The notes under the pieces are model-generated. The model did not search any database. It was not told the DNA's origin and saw only the letters and a program-made list of their open reading frames with translations. Of a DNA stretch of 64,000 bases, positions 1 through 13,900 are shown in pieces. The position numbers were made by a program, and so were the translations under genes. Source of the DNA: Azolla caroliniana (lineage: Eukaryota > Plantae > Polypodiophyta); NCBI GenBank assembly GCA_043228905.1, contig JBHGNT010000002.1, positions 12,958,001-13,022,000 of the forward strand. Direction: 5' to 3'. Position 1 is the first letter of the stretch, and the number at the start of each line of letters is the position of its first letter.

Positions 1-323
1 TCGATCGGCGTCCCATACCACCGCCTTGGCGTCGAGTCGTACCTGGACGATAGCGCGCTTGCTACAAGAGTCGTTCCACTCACGGACAGAGTCTCGACGT
101 AGTCAATGCATGCCCAAATGAGGGTAGCTAGGCCTCTTATTTATAGTAATTCTCAAGGCCCCCAGCCATGTTCACACTTGGCCTCATGGGTTGTCTCAAT
201 CCCGAGGATTAAAAGTAATCCTCCCCTTCTTTAGACTCTTTGTTTAACCCTCACACTTATCCACGTGTATAGAATACTACGACAATTCTCACCACGGGAT
301 ATTATATGGTCATGCCCGTAACA
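1..323. mobile_element. Terminal part of an unclassified LTR (ends ...CCCGTAACA), inserted into a Copia LTR
   Basis: Ends in GTAACA (reverse complement of TGTTAC, the terminus of the Gypsy-type LTRs here) exactly where a Copia LTR resumes mid-motif (GAAAACCCTAATAGGG); the other end is off-window. Confidence 0.55.
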
Positions 324-726
324 GAAAACCCTAATAGGGAAAAACCACGGGAGCCCACAGACTCCACCTATCACTATAAGAAGAGGATACCAAGCTAGAC
401 TTGGAGGCAACAACCTCGAGCTCTATGTCTTCGCCAACCAATGGTTACAACAGAAAACCTTTCTGTATCTCTCTCTCTCTCTCTCTCTCTCACTCTATCT
501 TTTTACAATAGCAATAATAACATCTCTGATGACCACAACATAAGTGGTTGCCCTAATTCATATTTATACTTATATGACTTTAGGACTATTTACAAATATG
601 TTCATGATAGGCCCTCTAAAAACATATTTACAGATATGTCCCGGATATCGTCCGATCCGGCTCCTTCCTTCAGCTTGTCCGATCCGGTTCCTCTGGTTCT
701 CATCCGGAGGGATGAAATTCCCAACA
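324..726 (-). mobile_element. Tork/Tnt1-like Copia LTR remnant inserted in B1 gag
   Basis: Colinear with the LTR at 18174-18740; ends TCCGGAGGG...CCCAACA like the LTRs ending at 31993 and 36725. Confidence 0.8.
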
Positions 727-1554
727 CTTTCTCTGTGGCCCTTCAGGCCACAATACCAGATTCTGTTTCGGCCTTTCCTTGCCAGTTTTTTAGGCTTTGC
801 CGCCTTGACTCCTCCTGCTTCTAGAGGGTTCAGAATTGCTGTCGGCACCATCTTTGGACCTCCGATTTTGCTCATGTTGGCCGTCTGCATTGCACACTGA
901 TTTGCCCCATCCACCACGACGATGGGACCTCTCTTCCTCCGTGTACAACATCTTGCTATTGGTGTGCGTGCTCGTCAACGCACCCGCGTGGTTCTCCTCA
1001 GTAAGGAGCATTGACTCTAAGTCGAAAAAGGAGGGTGTATTCTCCCTTGTACATATTGCAGTCTGGAATGCTATGAACTTCGACGCTAGGCCCCCAAGAT
1101 AGACGTGCACCATCTCATCTGCCTCGACGGTCTAGTTTATGGAGGTAAGTGAAGCGCAAATGTCTTTGATGTGGGTTGTGTAGGCAGCCACCAAGATGTC
1201 CTTTTGTCGGACATTGCTCAACTCCTGTCGGAGTTGCAATTTCCCGGCCGTGGTGCTTGCGGCAAAGACCTTTTCCAAGTTTCCCCAAGCTTCCTTTGGC
1301 ATCTTGGCATCACGAATATGGCTAAGTAGCTGATCATCGACACTAGACGTGAAGTAGTACATTACCCTGCTTGCCGCTTGCTCCCAAGACAAGAAGTCCT
1401 TGTGTGCCGCATCAGGTGGCATTTCGTTAGCTCCATTCACATAACTCTAGTAGCCATGCCCGAGTAGGTATTGGTGCATCTTGTATGAACAGGATGTATA
1501 GTTGGATTTGTCGAGCTTCTCTATCGAGAGCGAGCTAGTTATTCCTTGGTCCAT
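727..1554 (-). pseudogene. gag: Copia family B gag (element B1), disrupted
   Basis: Translates to EQAASRVMY...AASTTAGKLQLRQELSNVRQ, homologous to gag at 2368 (+) and near 38350 (-); stops and frameshifts; PBS-Met (TGGTATCAAAGC, minus strand) at 1637-1648. Confidence 0.85.
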
Positions 1555-2367
1555 TCTCTCCTTCCTGTTCTTTACCGGGTGTTATCGTTTGTCTGTGAGC
1601 ATCACTCATTGGTAGTAGAGGATTCTTAACCGTCACGCTTTGATACCATGAAAAAGATAATGTGCGGAAGCTAAGACAAAACCAGATAGTTCGGATGACA
1701 GTAGAACACAGAACGAAGGTTTAATGGAATGCTTGAATACACGAGAGAGACTGAGAGAGCAGAATAGTAAACTGAATTCAAAATAATAACACTGTAAATA
1801 CAAGATGTCCTATAAAAGATTTTTCATACAAGTCTATTGAGCAGAGAACCTCAATTGGATCCGGATCGACTGAATAAGCTAGAACAAGATCGGTATTCGG
1901 AATGAAGAACTAGATAGGTATTCAGAACCAAGAGCCGGATCGAAGAAATGAAACAGATTATAACCGGTAGGTTGGTAGAGGCCTACAACCTTAACTTAGT
2001 ACGTAGGCATATTCCTTACAGTTAGTGTTAGTTGCTCGTATGAGCATTGAAGTACATGTCAATACTTCTGTCAGTCCTTTCATGGACTTGTATAAAAGTG
2101 CCCAACAAGCACATTGTATGTATAGAGCCTTATTATTATTTGGATTTGAGTTTTGTTTTGCTTTCTCTGTCTCTCCCCTGTATCGTAGGTTCCATTAAAC
2201 CTAGGTTTATATTCTGCTATTATCGTGACTAGCCAATTCGGTCTTAGCTTCCACACAATATCTTTTTCATGGTATCAGAGCGCGAGGGTTGAGAACCTCT
2301 GCAACCGACAAGTGATTTCTGAAGACAATTTCTAACACCCAGTAGAGAACATAAAACAAAGATTAGA

Positions 2368-5164
2368 ATGGACAGAGGAATGGCTAGCTCGCTGCCAATG
2401 GAGAAGCTCGACAGATCCAACTACGCATCTTGGTCGTACAAGATGCACCAGTACCTGCTCGGACACGGTTACTGGAGTTATGTTGACCGAGCTAACGATA
2501 CAACACCTGATGCAGCACACAAGGACTTCCCGACCTGGGAACAAGTGGCAAGCAGAGTTATGTACTACTTTTCATCTAGTGCAACGATTAGTTGTTGTGC
2601 CATATCCGGGACACTGGGACACCGGGATGCCAAGATGCCAAACGAAGCGTGGGGAAACCTCAAGAATGTCTTCGCCGCAAACACCACGGCCCAAAAGCTG
2701 AAATCTCGGAAGGAGTTAAGCAATGTTCGATAGAAGGACATGTCAGTGGCCAACTATGGCCCCGATCAAAGACATCTTCGACTCACTTGACTATATCAAC
2801 GTGATTGTCGAGGAAGATGTGAAGGTGGAAGTCTGTCTCAGGGGCCTGGCGTCAAAGTTCGGAGCATTCCAGACAATGATCTGTACAAACGAGAATATGC
2901 CCTCGTTTTTGGACTTACAATCGATCCTCCTAGTAGAGAGGAGAACCACATGGGTGTGTCAACAAGCATGCACACCGACATCAAGATGTTGTACACGGAG
3001 GCAGATCGACATGCGGTGGAAGCACCCAACAAGAGCCAAACCGAAGGCACAAGGTCGGTGCCGAGAATAGTTTCAGATCCTCTGGAAACAAGGGGAGTCA
3101 AAGTGGTGCCGGAAACCGGTAAGAGAGGACTGCAACAGAATTTGGTACTATGGCTGGAAGAGCCACGGAGAGAGCGAGTGTTGGAAAAAGCATGCCGATA
3201 CGGACAAGTCTGGATCAAGCAAGGCCGAACGGGGAAGCCGACAAGGCTCGCACTATGTGGAAGAACTAGAAAGATTTGATTCCGGAAATGTATCGGGCCT
3301 AGCCTTTATGATGAAACACAAGGCTAACTCGATGAAGAAAAACTCCTCGAAACCGAACGAGGTATGGCACGTCGATTTTAGAGCGTCAAACGATATGACA
3401 AGCCACGCGGAGTGGTTTGCTTATCTAGAAAAGCTGAAACAATCAAGGGTGTTCGAAACCAGAGATGACACCCCACATACCATCGAGCACATGGGTGAGG
3501 TTCCCTTCAACCATGTCAGGCAGAAGGGAAAATTGATGAACGTCATGCACATCCTGACAATCACAAATAATCTTGTGTCAGTCGGCTAGATTGTCGACCA
3601 AGGGATGTAGGTCCGGTTCACAGATCTCGGGTATTTCATTGAAGAAGAGGGCAAAGTCATCGCGCAAGGGCGCTAAGACAGGATGATGTTTAGCCTCGAG
3701 ATGAATGATGTTGGCATTGCTATGTTTGCAAAAGGGCAAAATGTCGAGTCAGACATCGACCTGTGGCACATCAACTTTCAGAAGCTTCACGAGCTGTAGT
3801 CAAAACACGTAGTTTCCGGACTACTGAAGTTCATTGGCTGGAAAGGACAATTATGTTAAGCATTGCACCTCGGGAAGCGGCATAGGCTTCCGTTCCCCAA
3901 TGAGAAGAATCGGAGCCGGAATCGGAGCCGGAATCGGCTTGATCTCATCCATTCGGATGTGTGGGGACCGGCACAAAATGTGAGCATCGATGGGAGTTGC
4001 TATTTTGTCTCCTGCATTGACGATTTCACCCAGCTCACTTAGATCTATCTAATCGAGAAGAAAAGTGAAGTCTTCTTGTGCTTCCAGGATTTGAAGAAAC
4101 TTGTCGAACGCGAGACCGGAAGAAAGATCAAGTGTCTGAGATCGGATGGCGGAAAAGAGTAATTTTCTGACTAGTTCATGAGCTATCTACAGACGAATGG
4201 AATTCGATGGGAATTCTCTTGCAGATAAACGGCGGAGCAGAACGGCATGGCCGAGCATCGGAACAGGACACTGGTAAACGTGGCAAGGGTGATGCTTGAG
4301 GAGAAAAGCATGCCCAAGATTTATTGGGCCGAAGTAATTCGGACAACTGTCTACATCCAAAATTGGATATCTGCCTCTGGGCAAAAAGGTATCGCCGCAC
4401 GAACTCTATTTTGAGCAGAAGCCGAATTTGTCACACCTTCAGGTGTTCGGTAGCATTGCATATGTGCATGTACCGAAGGAAAAACGAAGGAAACTAGACG
4501 CAAAAGCCAAAAAGTGCATTCTTGTCGGCTACTCGGATGAGCATAAGGGTTATAAGTGTTATAACCCCCGATTGAAAGTGGTCCGAGTCAGCGAAGATGT
4601 CGTTTTCGATGAATCTGCATCGTGGTACTTCTCTCCACCTGAGTTTGAGTTGATCGTTGTTGATGATTTGGTGCAGTCCAGAATAGAGAGAAGCGTCGTA
4701 GAATCCGAATAGTCGGATAGTTCGACCTCTCTTTAGATGAGTGGACCGAATCCGGACTGGGTATATGGTGCATCATTATGCGTACATGGCGAAGGTGGCA
4801 ACTGTACGTGAGTTAGAGAGCTATGCAGAAATTTCTAGGGATCTGAACGAGTAGGAGGCCATGGAGGAAGAGATGCATGCACTCATGGAAAATGTGACAT
4901 GGGATTTAGTCAATGTACCGAAACAGGTGAAGCCGATAGGTTCTCGATGGGTTTACAAAGGGAAATACAAGGTTGATGGCTTAATCAATAGTTACAAGAC
5001 CCGATTAGTGGACAAGGCCTACACACAACAACACGACATCCATTATGATGAGATGTTCACGCCAGTCACGAAGATGGTAGCAGCGAAGTGATGGCATCTA
5101 CATCAAATGGATGTAAAGAATGCCTTCCTACAAGGTGATCTTCAGGAGGAGGTATATATGGTTC
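2368..5164 (+). pseudogene. B2 gag-protease-integrase-RT (N-terminal part), many stops and frameshifts
   Basis: MASSLPMEKLDRSNYASWSYKMHQYLLGHGYWSY; WHVDFRASNDMT; HLQVFGSIAYVHVPKEKRRKLD; WDLVNVP...WVYK. Confidence 0.9.
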
Positions 5165-5340
5165 TGAAGAGAAATAGCGTGGAATATTGCTCAGCCACAA
5201 CCAAGTCTTGAATCACTTTGATGAGAATCAAACGGAGAAATGGGAAGTAGGGAGTGAACGCACGTACACACAAACAACGATAGAGAATACACAAGATGTT
5301 TACGTGGAAAACCCTAATAGGGAAAAACCACGGGAGCCCA

Positions 5341-8300
5341 TGTTACCGGCTGGCAAGAAGGCTTAAGGAGGTCCAAATCAGAGTGCAAAAGGAATAGTTT
5401 ATTAGGGAACTGTTGTAATTAGTAGTCTTAATATATATATTAATATATGAGAAGATGTGGACGGACGGACCGGAATCGGTATGCCGATCCGGATCCGGAC
5501 CGATCCCGAAAAGGTGCCGGTTGGCACCGTTTTATATTTCGCACCGGAGACCTATATAAAGGCCCGGTTACAATGTAATCGAGAGCGGATAATTAATAGA
5601 ACTTATTGCTTTAATCTTTCAGCATTGATTACCGTTCTGTGCTTATTGGTGTATCTTGTGCGTGTTAATGATGTGTTGCTAAGTAATCAATTAAGGTCTA
5701 ATTAAGCGTTGTGCCGTAAGTCATTCTGCCGTAACACCCTTTGGTGAAGTGTCTTAAGTGGACACCCTGTGTTAGGCTGTTGTCCGGCCCTAGGATTAAA
5801 ATAGTTTTTGGCGACCACGATTCCTGCACAATCGCAGTGAACAGCGGTAGGAATGGATGAGTAGGCCAACAGGCGACCTGGTTATGGAGAGAGCACGAAG
5901 ACTTGCTGAACGGAGAAGGCGACGAGAGGCTTTCCAGGAAGCAACGGAAGAAATCCGATCGGATCGACCATTTTCCAAAGTGATCTGGAAAGTGGAGGAG
6001 GAGTCACTCTGTTTGCAACAAAACGCCTACCCGGACGAAGGAAGTAGCTTAAGCAATCTCCGGGAAGTGGAACCCCTTCTCCAGGCCTTGGCCGGAAGAG
6101 ACGGCGAATCCGAAGCATTTTCAGCGCTGGAATCGGATTCGGAAGGGGGTTACAGTGCGCACATGAACTATCGCAACAGTAATGACACCCCAGGAGGACC
6201 GGAGGAAGAGGAGTCAGATACAATACCGACACTGGAACCAGAGTTGGCAGACCGAGAACCCCACGCACTAGAAGTGGAGCAACCTCCAGAGATGGAAGAA
6301 GACAAAGAAAGACCTCTGACACCGGAAGTCGAGCTGGCAACACCAAGGGAAGACCATCAAAGACCTTGACGCCGATAGAACATGAAGGAAGACCACCAAC
6401 ACCGCCAGCCTGCGTACCGACACCGGACGACGACATGTCGTTCCAGTACTCCAAGTATCGGGATGACCCGGACGCGGAGGCTCATGTTCACGCGTTTCAA
6501 CAAACATGGGAAGCGAACCATGTGTCACAACGGTTAACCGCGGTCAAAGAGGAACCATCTAAGATAGCCAAATTCGGCGTGACATTGGAAGGACTGGCCG
6601 CCAGATGGCACCGAACGCAGGATCACAGCACCATCACCACCTTTGCGGACCTGAAAGATAAATTCTTGCACTTCTTTCAGAAGGAGGTGGACTAGAGAGA
6701 AATGGTGGGCCTATTTTATACCATCCGGCAGGACCCCGGGGAGAGCATTCCGCAGTTTGTCATCCGGTTTCAACGGATGCACAGTCAGCTTACCCGCGCA
6801 CCTCCGGAGGAAGAAACACGGGCTATATTCTTTGCCGCGCTCCGGGAACCTCTACGAATGGTATGCACGGTCGTCGACTTTCCTACAAGCACCGTCGACC
6901 AGGTCATTGACCGAGTTAGAGAAATGGAGAAAACGAGCTCTTGGCTAACAATGGGAGCCCTCCAATGAGCGTTACCAACATATGAGGATCTCCGGTACCG
7001 GCAAGCAATCCAATGCACGACCAGCTTGAATCCCAGCACGTAAAAGCGTCTCAGAGGTAAATCTAGGAACGGTGGAGGAGGTAAAACCGGTGCACATCGC
7101 CAAAGAAATGAATGCAGAGAACAAAACAGCGATAATTACACTCCTCAACGAGTTTCGCGACGTATTTGCTTGGTCTTACGAGGATATGAGAGGGCTGGAT
7201 CCTCAGTTGTATCAGCACTAGATACATCTGAGCAAAGACGCCAAGCCGGTAGCACAGCGTCGGTACCGGATGAACCCAAACTACGCAGCCAAAGTCAAGG
7301 AGGAAATCGACAAATTACTGAGGGTTGGCTTCATCCGTCCCGTAAAAAAATCTACATGGCTGAGCCCAATCGTAGTCGTACCGAAGAGGAACGACAAAAT
7401 TAGAGTTTGTGTTCACTACCGGAAGCTCAATGCGGCAACTGTAACGGATGCATTTCCACTTCCGTTTACGGATGGAGTTTTGGATGCCGTCGCCGGCCAT
7501 GAAATCTACAGTTTCTTAGACGGATTCAACGGGTATAATCAGATCCGGATGCACCCTGATGATCAAGAGAAAAAGGCTTTCGTCACCGAATGGGGAGTGT
7601 TTGTTGCCATGGTGATGATGTTCGGACTGCAAACGACACCCACAACATTCCAACGGATCATCATGGAGATCTTTGGCGAATACATACCGGCTTTTATGCA
7701 GGTGTTCCTTGATGACTTCGCTGTGTATAGCCGAGAAGAAGATCATTTGCAGCACCTCAGACTATGTTTGGAGAAGTGTAGGGCGTACCGGCTAAGCCTG
7801 AATCCGGCGAAGTGTGTATTTGGAGTGTCCAGCGGAACGCTACTAGGGCATATTGTGAGCAAGGAAGGGATTGCCGTAGATCCGGACAAAGTAAAACCAA
7901 TCCTGGAGGCATCGGCACCAACAACGGCAAAGGCATTGAGCCATTTCTTAGGACAAATCCGTTGGCATAGCCGAATGCTCCGGTACTTGGCGGACCTAGC
8001 TACACCACTGCATGCTACGGTACACCGAACACTGTTCCAGTGGACCGACACCAAAGATAAGGCGTACCGGGCACTCAAAGTTCTATTGTCGCAAGCACCG
8101 GTAGTGCAACCCCCGGATTGGGCGAAGGAATTTCATGTGTTCGTGGATGCGTCCGACATTGCAATCGGGAGTGCGCTAATGCAACTTACGGAGCCAAGAT
8201 GGTATCGGCTTGTATATTACGCAAGCCGGAAGTTATCCCAAGCCGAACGAAATTACTCCACCATGGAAAGGGAAGCTTTAGGCATGATCTACAACGTAAC

Positions 8301-8587
8301 AAAATTCAGGCACTATTTATTGGGGAGAAAGTTTTCCTTCCATGTAGATCATTCGGCACTCCTCTATCTAGTATCCAAAGCGTCACTTACTAGTAAGTTG
8401 GCCTGGTGGACTTTGCTGTTGCAGGAGTTCGAGTTCGAGATATTCCATTGACCCGGCATACAGAATGCGGTAGCAGATTATCTAAGCCAGTTAGATTCTG
8501 GCGAAACGGGTGACAGAGTACCGGACAAGTTTCCGGATGCAGAGCTTTTTCGAATGACCACGAAAACCGCAACAGATGAAATGGTCC
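5341..8587 (+). mobile_element. Non-chromovirus Ty3/Gypsy G1, 5' half (LTR, PBS, gag, internal deletion, RT-RNase H)
   Basis: LTR 5341-5803 (TGTTACC...), PBS TGGCGACCAC 5809-5818, gag 5857-7036, jump to RT at about 7037. Confidence 0.9.
7270..8451 (+). pseudogene. pol: Gypsy reverse transcriptase-RNase H fragment
   Basis: LSPIVVVPK, FLDGFNGYNQI, FLDD, FVDASD, YYASRKLS, NYSTMEREALG; premature stop; integrase missing. Confidence 0.9.
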
Positions 8588-8599
8588 CGGCTTCGGCTC

Positions 8600-10985
8600 T
8601 TAGCTCTCGTACTGGATTTGAGCCTCCAGCCGATTGTCGTCCAGTTGAGCTACGAGCTGCCGGACCTGTACCAATTGTTCATCCGCCAAGGCTGTGAAAT
8701 CTTCAGCCAACTCATCCCTTATGGCGGTGAAGTCCTCCGATGTCAGCGTATAACAGTCGTCACCCTCCTTCCGCCGGTTTTCCACGTCTGCCCTGAGCAA
8801 TTGGAGTTCCGCCATATTCTGCGACCATTTCGTCCACCAACGCACAGAGCTATCGTCAATCAAACTTTTGGTCTTAGTGAGCCATGACCGGAGGATGCAC
8901 TGGATCCGTTTGGCTCCCATTCGTGATTTATTTTTTGCGGCTTGTCGCTCCTCTTTCAATTGCATGATGATTCAGATTGTGTCCGCCTCTTGCTCCCGAT
9001 AATGCGACAATTGACTTTGATAGGTTGTTTGCAACCTCTGTAATACCATTGTCGCTCTTTCCTTGTCATCATGGTTCTGTTTGTGGAGCTCCATCCGGTC
9101 ATTCGCTGCTTCCTTCAATAGCTTGGAACTCTCAGCTCGTTCTTCAGCAAGTGCCGTTGTGGCCCTATCAACTTCTTGCTGGAGCTCGGCCATTTGTTCC
9201 TGCTGTTGCTTATACTCCGTCTCTAGCTGCTTGTAGTCCCAGTGCATATGATCAAAATCATCGGTCTTCTGCTTCAGCCTCTGGTTGATCTGCCGGCGCG
9301 CGCGGTCCTCCTGGTCCTTCTGTTGACTGAGTTCCTCCTTCAGCCTCTTGATTTCCGTCTCCGCCATCCGTCGCAGCTTGTCTTTTTCCTGCAACAATTT
9401 CTCCTTTTCCTCCTTTAGTCGATCGTAAGCATGATGTCTTTTACGAAGGTTTTCCTCTGCCCGGCGGATGTTCTCAGCAGTCTTCTTTAATTCTTCTTCG
9501 GCCGCCTTCTTCAAGTCGTGTTCGTGGCTCCGTAATGCTTCTTGTGCGGCAAGTTCATCTCGTAATTCCGCAAGCTCTTGGGCTTGCGCCACATCTTTCT
9601 CCGGGACAGTTTGTGTCTCCGGGGTCTTATTCCTGTGTACATCAACCGGAGTCACCGGTGCCTTGATCTGTGTTGCGGTTAAGGCCATTTTGGCCATGTC
9701 TCTTGTGATCCGATCCAAGTCTTGTTCGAGGCACCGGATCCTTGACCGGGCCGTCTCCAGTTCATCGGTTGTGACGAGCAACTGTTTTGTTGCGCTCTTT
9801 CCTCCGCCTCTATGCATCCGACTACTCCGGCAATTTGTTCTCCTATCCACCGGAGCCATTGGCTGCCGGTGCACTGTTGTTGCGCTTGCACGGAGGGTTG
9901 GTTGATGGGTTCACTCGCCGGTGGCTGGTCCCGCCTTACTACGTCGAGTTGCACTTCTGGTTCTGCGAGGTGACCACTTTGCCATTCCGGCTCTGAGTGT
10001 GTTTTCGTTAGCCTCCCCTTGTCTGCTTGTTCCTGACCGGCTGGGAAGGTTGGCCTTTGTATATCCGGCTCTTGATTTACGGGGCTTGCCGATGCTGCAT
10101 GTTGCGCAGGGACTTCTGTGACCAGTTCCATCCAAACCGGTTCCGGTGCCTCCCTTGGCGTGGGATGCTCAGTGTGAGTTGCGGGCGTTCCATCCTTCTG
10201 TAGGTTCGAACACTTCTCGGCTGATCCAGCGATGCTCTTCACCGGCCGCCACTGGAGGTGCTCCGTGGGTTCTTCCTCCATTTCCTCCGCCTGAGTCCCG
10301 GCATTCATTCTTGCCACCAGGGTGTCCGTTTCTTGCTACACCGGTCGGTGGAGTGGGCTCTTCAGGGCCCATGTCGGTGTCTCCTCGTGTGTGTCTGTCG
10401 GCCGCTTCCGACTGGCACGCTCCTTTGCCGCCTTTTCTGCGTCAGCCGTCTTCCCCTTAGTGGCCTTGGAGGCCAACAACTGTTGCCGTTTCGAAGCAAG
10501 TTTCGGGGTGCCGTCCTTTGCTCTTCCCCGCTTCTTGGTCTGGACGGGCTCGACCGGTGGCGCCAATAGGGTGAGCCATTGCGTCGCCGCATGCCATATT
10601 TTCCGGCCTTCATTCCCGTCCTTTCCTCTTACTATATCAATCGCCGTGCACAACTTGTCGGCAATCAGCACCGGCCAATCCACCTTGACCCCTTCGTATG
10701 TCACGATAATCAAGCCTGTGTCCTGTAGCCCTTGCTGGCGAGAGAGTATTCACCGAAATATTTGATGAGTTGCTCGGAGGTAGGATTCTCGATCGTGTAG
10801 ATGCCTCCCTCCGGAAGGCCTATTAACGCACGGATCACCTCCTCCGTGATCACCTCCATGTCGATTTCTTTGATAATCTTTTCGGCCTCCTTGTTTGGCG
10901 CCGCCTCCATGATCATTAAGAAACCCTCCAGTCTGTGCTACCGTAACCATTTCTTGGCGGCTTCAGACAACGTTTGGCAGTCCAT
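8600..10985 (-). pseudogene. Extra 3' sense ORF of Gypsy G2 (about 790 codons, frameshifted): globular N-terminus, disordered linker, long coiled coil
   Basis: ATG at 10985 in frame with ORF 10710-10916; abutting minus-strand ORFs 10336-10713, 9679-10317, 8972-9874 and 8600-8965; E/K/Q/R-rich heptad-like sequence in the last two. Confidence 0.65.
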
Positions 10986-13900
10986 CTCTGTGTTGAGGTC
11001 GGAGAGTGTTGGCGAGGTTTGGTGGTGGGGAGAGTGTGAGAGAGAAAGTTCTGAGTGAGGGGGTTCTCTGTGTGCGAGATCTCTGCGATTGATCTTCACG
11101 CGTCTGTCTGCGTCTGTTCTCCTTGGTTCGCAATAGGAGAAGGTCTCGATGCGTGGGGGTTTTTCTCTCTACATGTTGGCACCTTTTTCGAGCCTCCGCA
11201 TGTGCAGGTCGTGTACTATAATAGCATTGTGTGCCATGTGGCGGTGGTTTAATGTCCTATTCATAGCCCCTCGTACCTTTTCGACGTGCCTCTTTACTCT
11301 TCGTTTGCATAGCCGTTTCCACCACTCCTTTTCATGATTTATTTGATTCCATTCGATTTTTTATTTATTTTATTTTATTTTATTTTATTTTATTTTTTTG
11401 TAAAGTTAATTGTGCGGTTAATTTTTCTCCGGTCCTGTCGGACCCTTACCCGAATCGCACATTTTGCCGGCCTCTTGACGGTTTGCCGTCGTTATGCTTT
11501 CCCCGGTTGTCGGCTCGTGCTCCCCCTTACCGGCTTGGTGGTAGCCGTTTTCCTCACGGGTTGCCGTCGTGGCTGGCCTGTCGGCGTCTGATTCGGTGGC
11601 GGCCCTTCGTTCAAATGGGTTCTTGGGCATAGGTCCTTTGTATGGTTTTAGTCTAAATCCGTTGACCCATTTACCCAACACCTCGCCGGCAAGTGTCCCT
11701 AACTGGTAAGACCCATTAAACCCGTGTGTGATCCAATACGCTCCGGTTCATCTAAACCGTAGTTTGCCTGGCATTTTACCCATCCGGGTCTGAAACACTA
11801 GTATCGGCTTGCCGACTTCGAACATCTTTTCGTTTCCTTTCCGGTGCCGATCTACAAATGCTTTCTGTCGCTGTTGTTCCAATTCCAGGTGCATAATGCT
11901 CGCCAGTCGGTGTTCTTCCAGTTCACACAGAGCCTTTAACTGAATTGCCTCCGATTCCTTTTCATTGAGTCGTTCCCGAATCTGAATCCGTAAGCTTGGT
12001 ACCTGGAATTCGACCGGCATGACTGCCTCTAATCCGAATGCTAACCGGAACGGTGTTGTTTGGATGCTTGTTTTGTACGTTGTCCTGTAAGCCCAGAGCG
12101 CACTGTGCAGCTTCGTGTCCCAATCTATCCGATTTTCATTGACGATCTTGCGCAGGATATTCTATAGCGTTTTGTTTGTTGAATCCGCTAATCCGTTGGC
12201 TTGTGGGTAGTACAGGGTGCTCCGTTTATGAATTACCGCATAGAATGACGTCAAGCTCTCCACTACCTGTCCAAGAAATTCCCCTCCTTGGTCGCTTATC
12301 AGCTCTATGGGGCATCCGTACTGGCACCAAATGCATTCATATAAGAATTTTGCCGGATCTACGGCAATGCCTTCCTTTCTCACAATATGCCCTAGTAGCG
12401 TTCCGCTGGACACTCCAAATACACACTTCGCCGGATTCAGGCTTAGCCGGTACGCCCTACACTTCTCTAGACATAGTCTGAGGTGCTGCAAATCATCTTC
12501 TTCTCGGCTATAGATGGTGAAGTCATCAAGGAACACCTGCATAAAAGCCGGTATGTATTCGCCAAAGATCTCCATGATGATCCGTTGGAATGTTGTGGGT
12601 GCCGTTTTCAGTCCGAACATCATCACCACGGCAACAAACACTCCCCATTCGGTGACGAAAGCCGTTTTCTCTTTATCATTAGGGTGCATCCGGATCTGAT
12701 TATACCCGCTGAATCCGTCTAAGAAATTGTAGACTTCATGGCCGGCGACGGCATCCAAAACTCCATCCGTAAACGGAAGTGGAAATGCATCTGTTATCGT
12801 TGCCGCATTGAGCTTCCGGTAGTCAACACAAACTCTAATTTTGCCGTTCCTCTTCAGTATGACTACGATCGGGCTCAACCATGTAGATTTCTTTATGGGA
12901 CGGATGAAGCCAACCCTCAACAATTTGTCGATTTCCTCCTTGACTTTGGCAGCGTAGTTTGGGTTCATCCGGTACCGACGCTGTGCTACCGGCTTGGCGT
13001 CTTTGCTCAGATGTATCTGGTGCTGATACAACTGAGGATCCAGCCCTCTCATATCCTCATACGACCAGGCAAATACGTCGCGAAACTCGTTGAGGAGTGT
13101 GATTATCGCCGTTTTGTTATCTGCATTCATTTCTTTGGCGGCGTGCACCGGTTTTGCCTCCTCCGCCGTTCCTAGATTTACCTCTTCTAATTGAGACGCT
13201 TTTACGCACTGTGATATGGCCATTTCTCTTTCCAACGCCTCCTGTGCTTGCCGTAACTCCTGGATTGCTTCTTTATCCGGTTCCGTCCGGTTTGCAGTAA
13301 GTAGGGTGATACCGCTTCGGCAACGTCAATTTCGAATAGGGGTACAATCTTCGGGTTCTCTTGCAAGTACTGATCTTCTTCTTCGTGTGCTAATCCTTCC
13401 AGCATATTGACGCACTCCGCATATAATGGTGTCAAATCCTTGCCGGTACCCTTCCTTGGTTGTGTTGGTACCCGTACCTTCGCTTTTCCTCGTCGGAACG
13501 TAATCATATTCCTCCTCCAGTTCTGCTTGATGTGTGCCGTCTTTAACCAAGGGCATCCCAACAATAATGGGTACGCTCCTTGAGCCTGCAACTGGAGAAC
13601 TACGGCTGAGATTCAGAATGTGTGGCCCCCGATGGTTACTTCTAAGTTCAGTATTAATCCTATCGGTCGCACCGAGCTTGTGTCCACCATTCGGAGCCAG
13701 AACGGACATGGCTCCCACTCTTGGATTCCAAGAGCATCGCACGTCCGGAGGCTTATTACATTAACGCTGGAGCCTCCGTCTATTATCGTGCCGGGGAGTT
13801 CTTTCCCTTTCACAATGGCAGTAATTGCCGGACTGTTGGTGTCCACCACCGCCGGTCCCTCCTCTGGATTTGAGAAGAATGCCGGAGCCGGTAGTGTGTT

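Noticed and set aside
1649-2269. Inverted repeat suggesting a DNA transposon or bidirectional unit
   Set aside because: Explained by B2 inserting antisense into the B1 LTR (TSD AAGTC)
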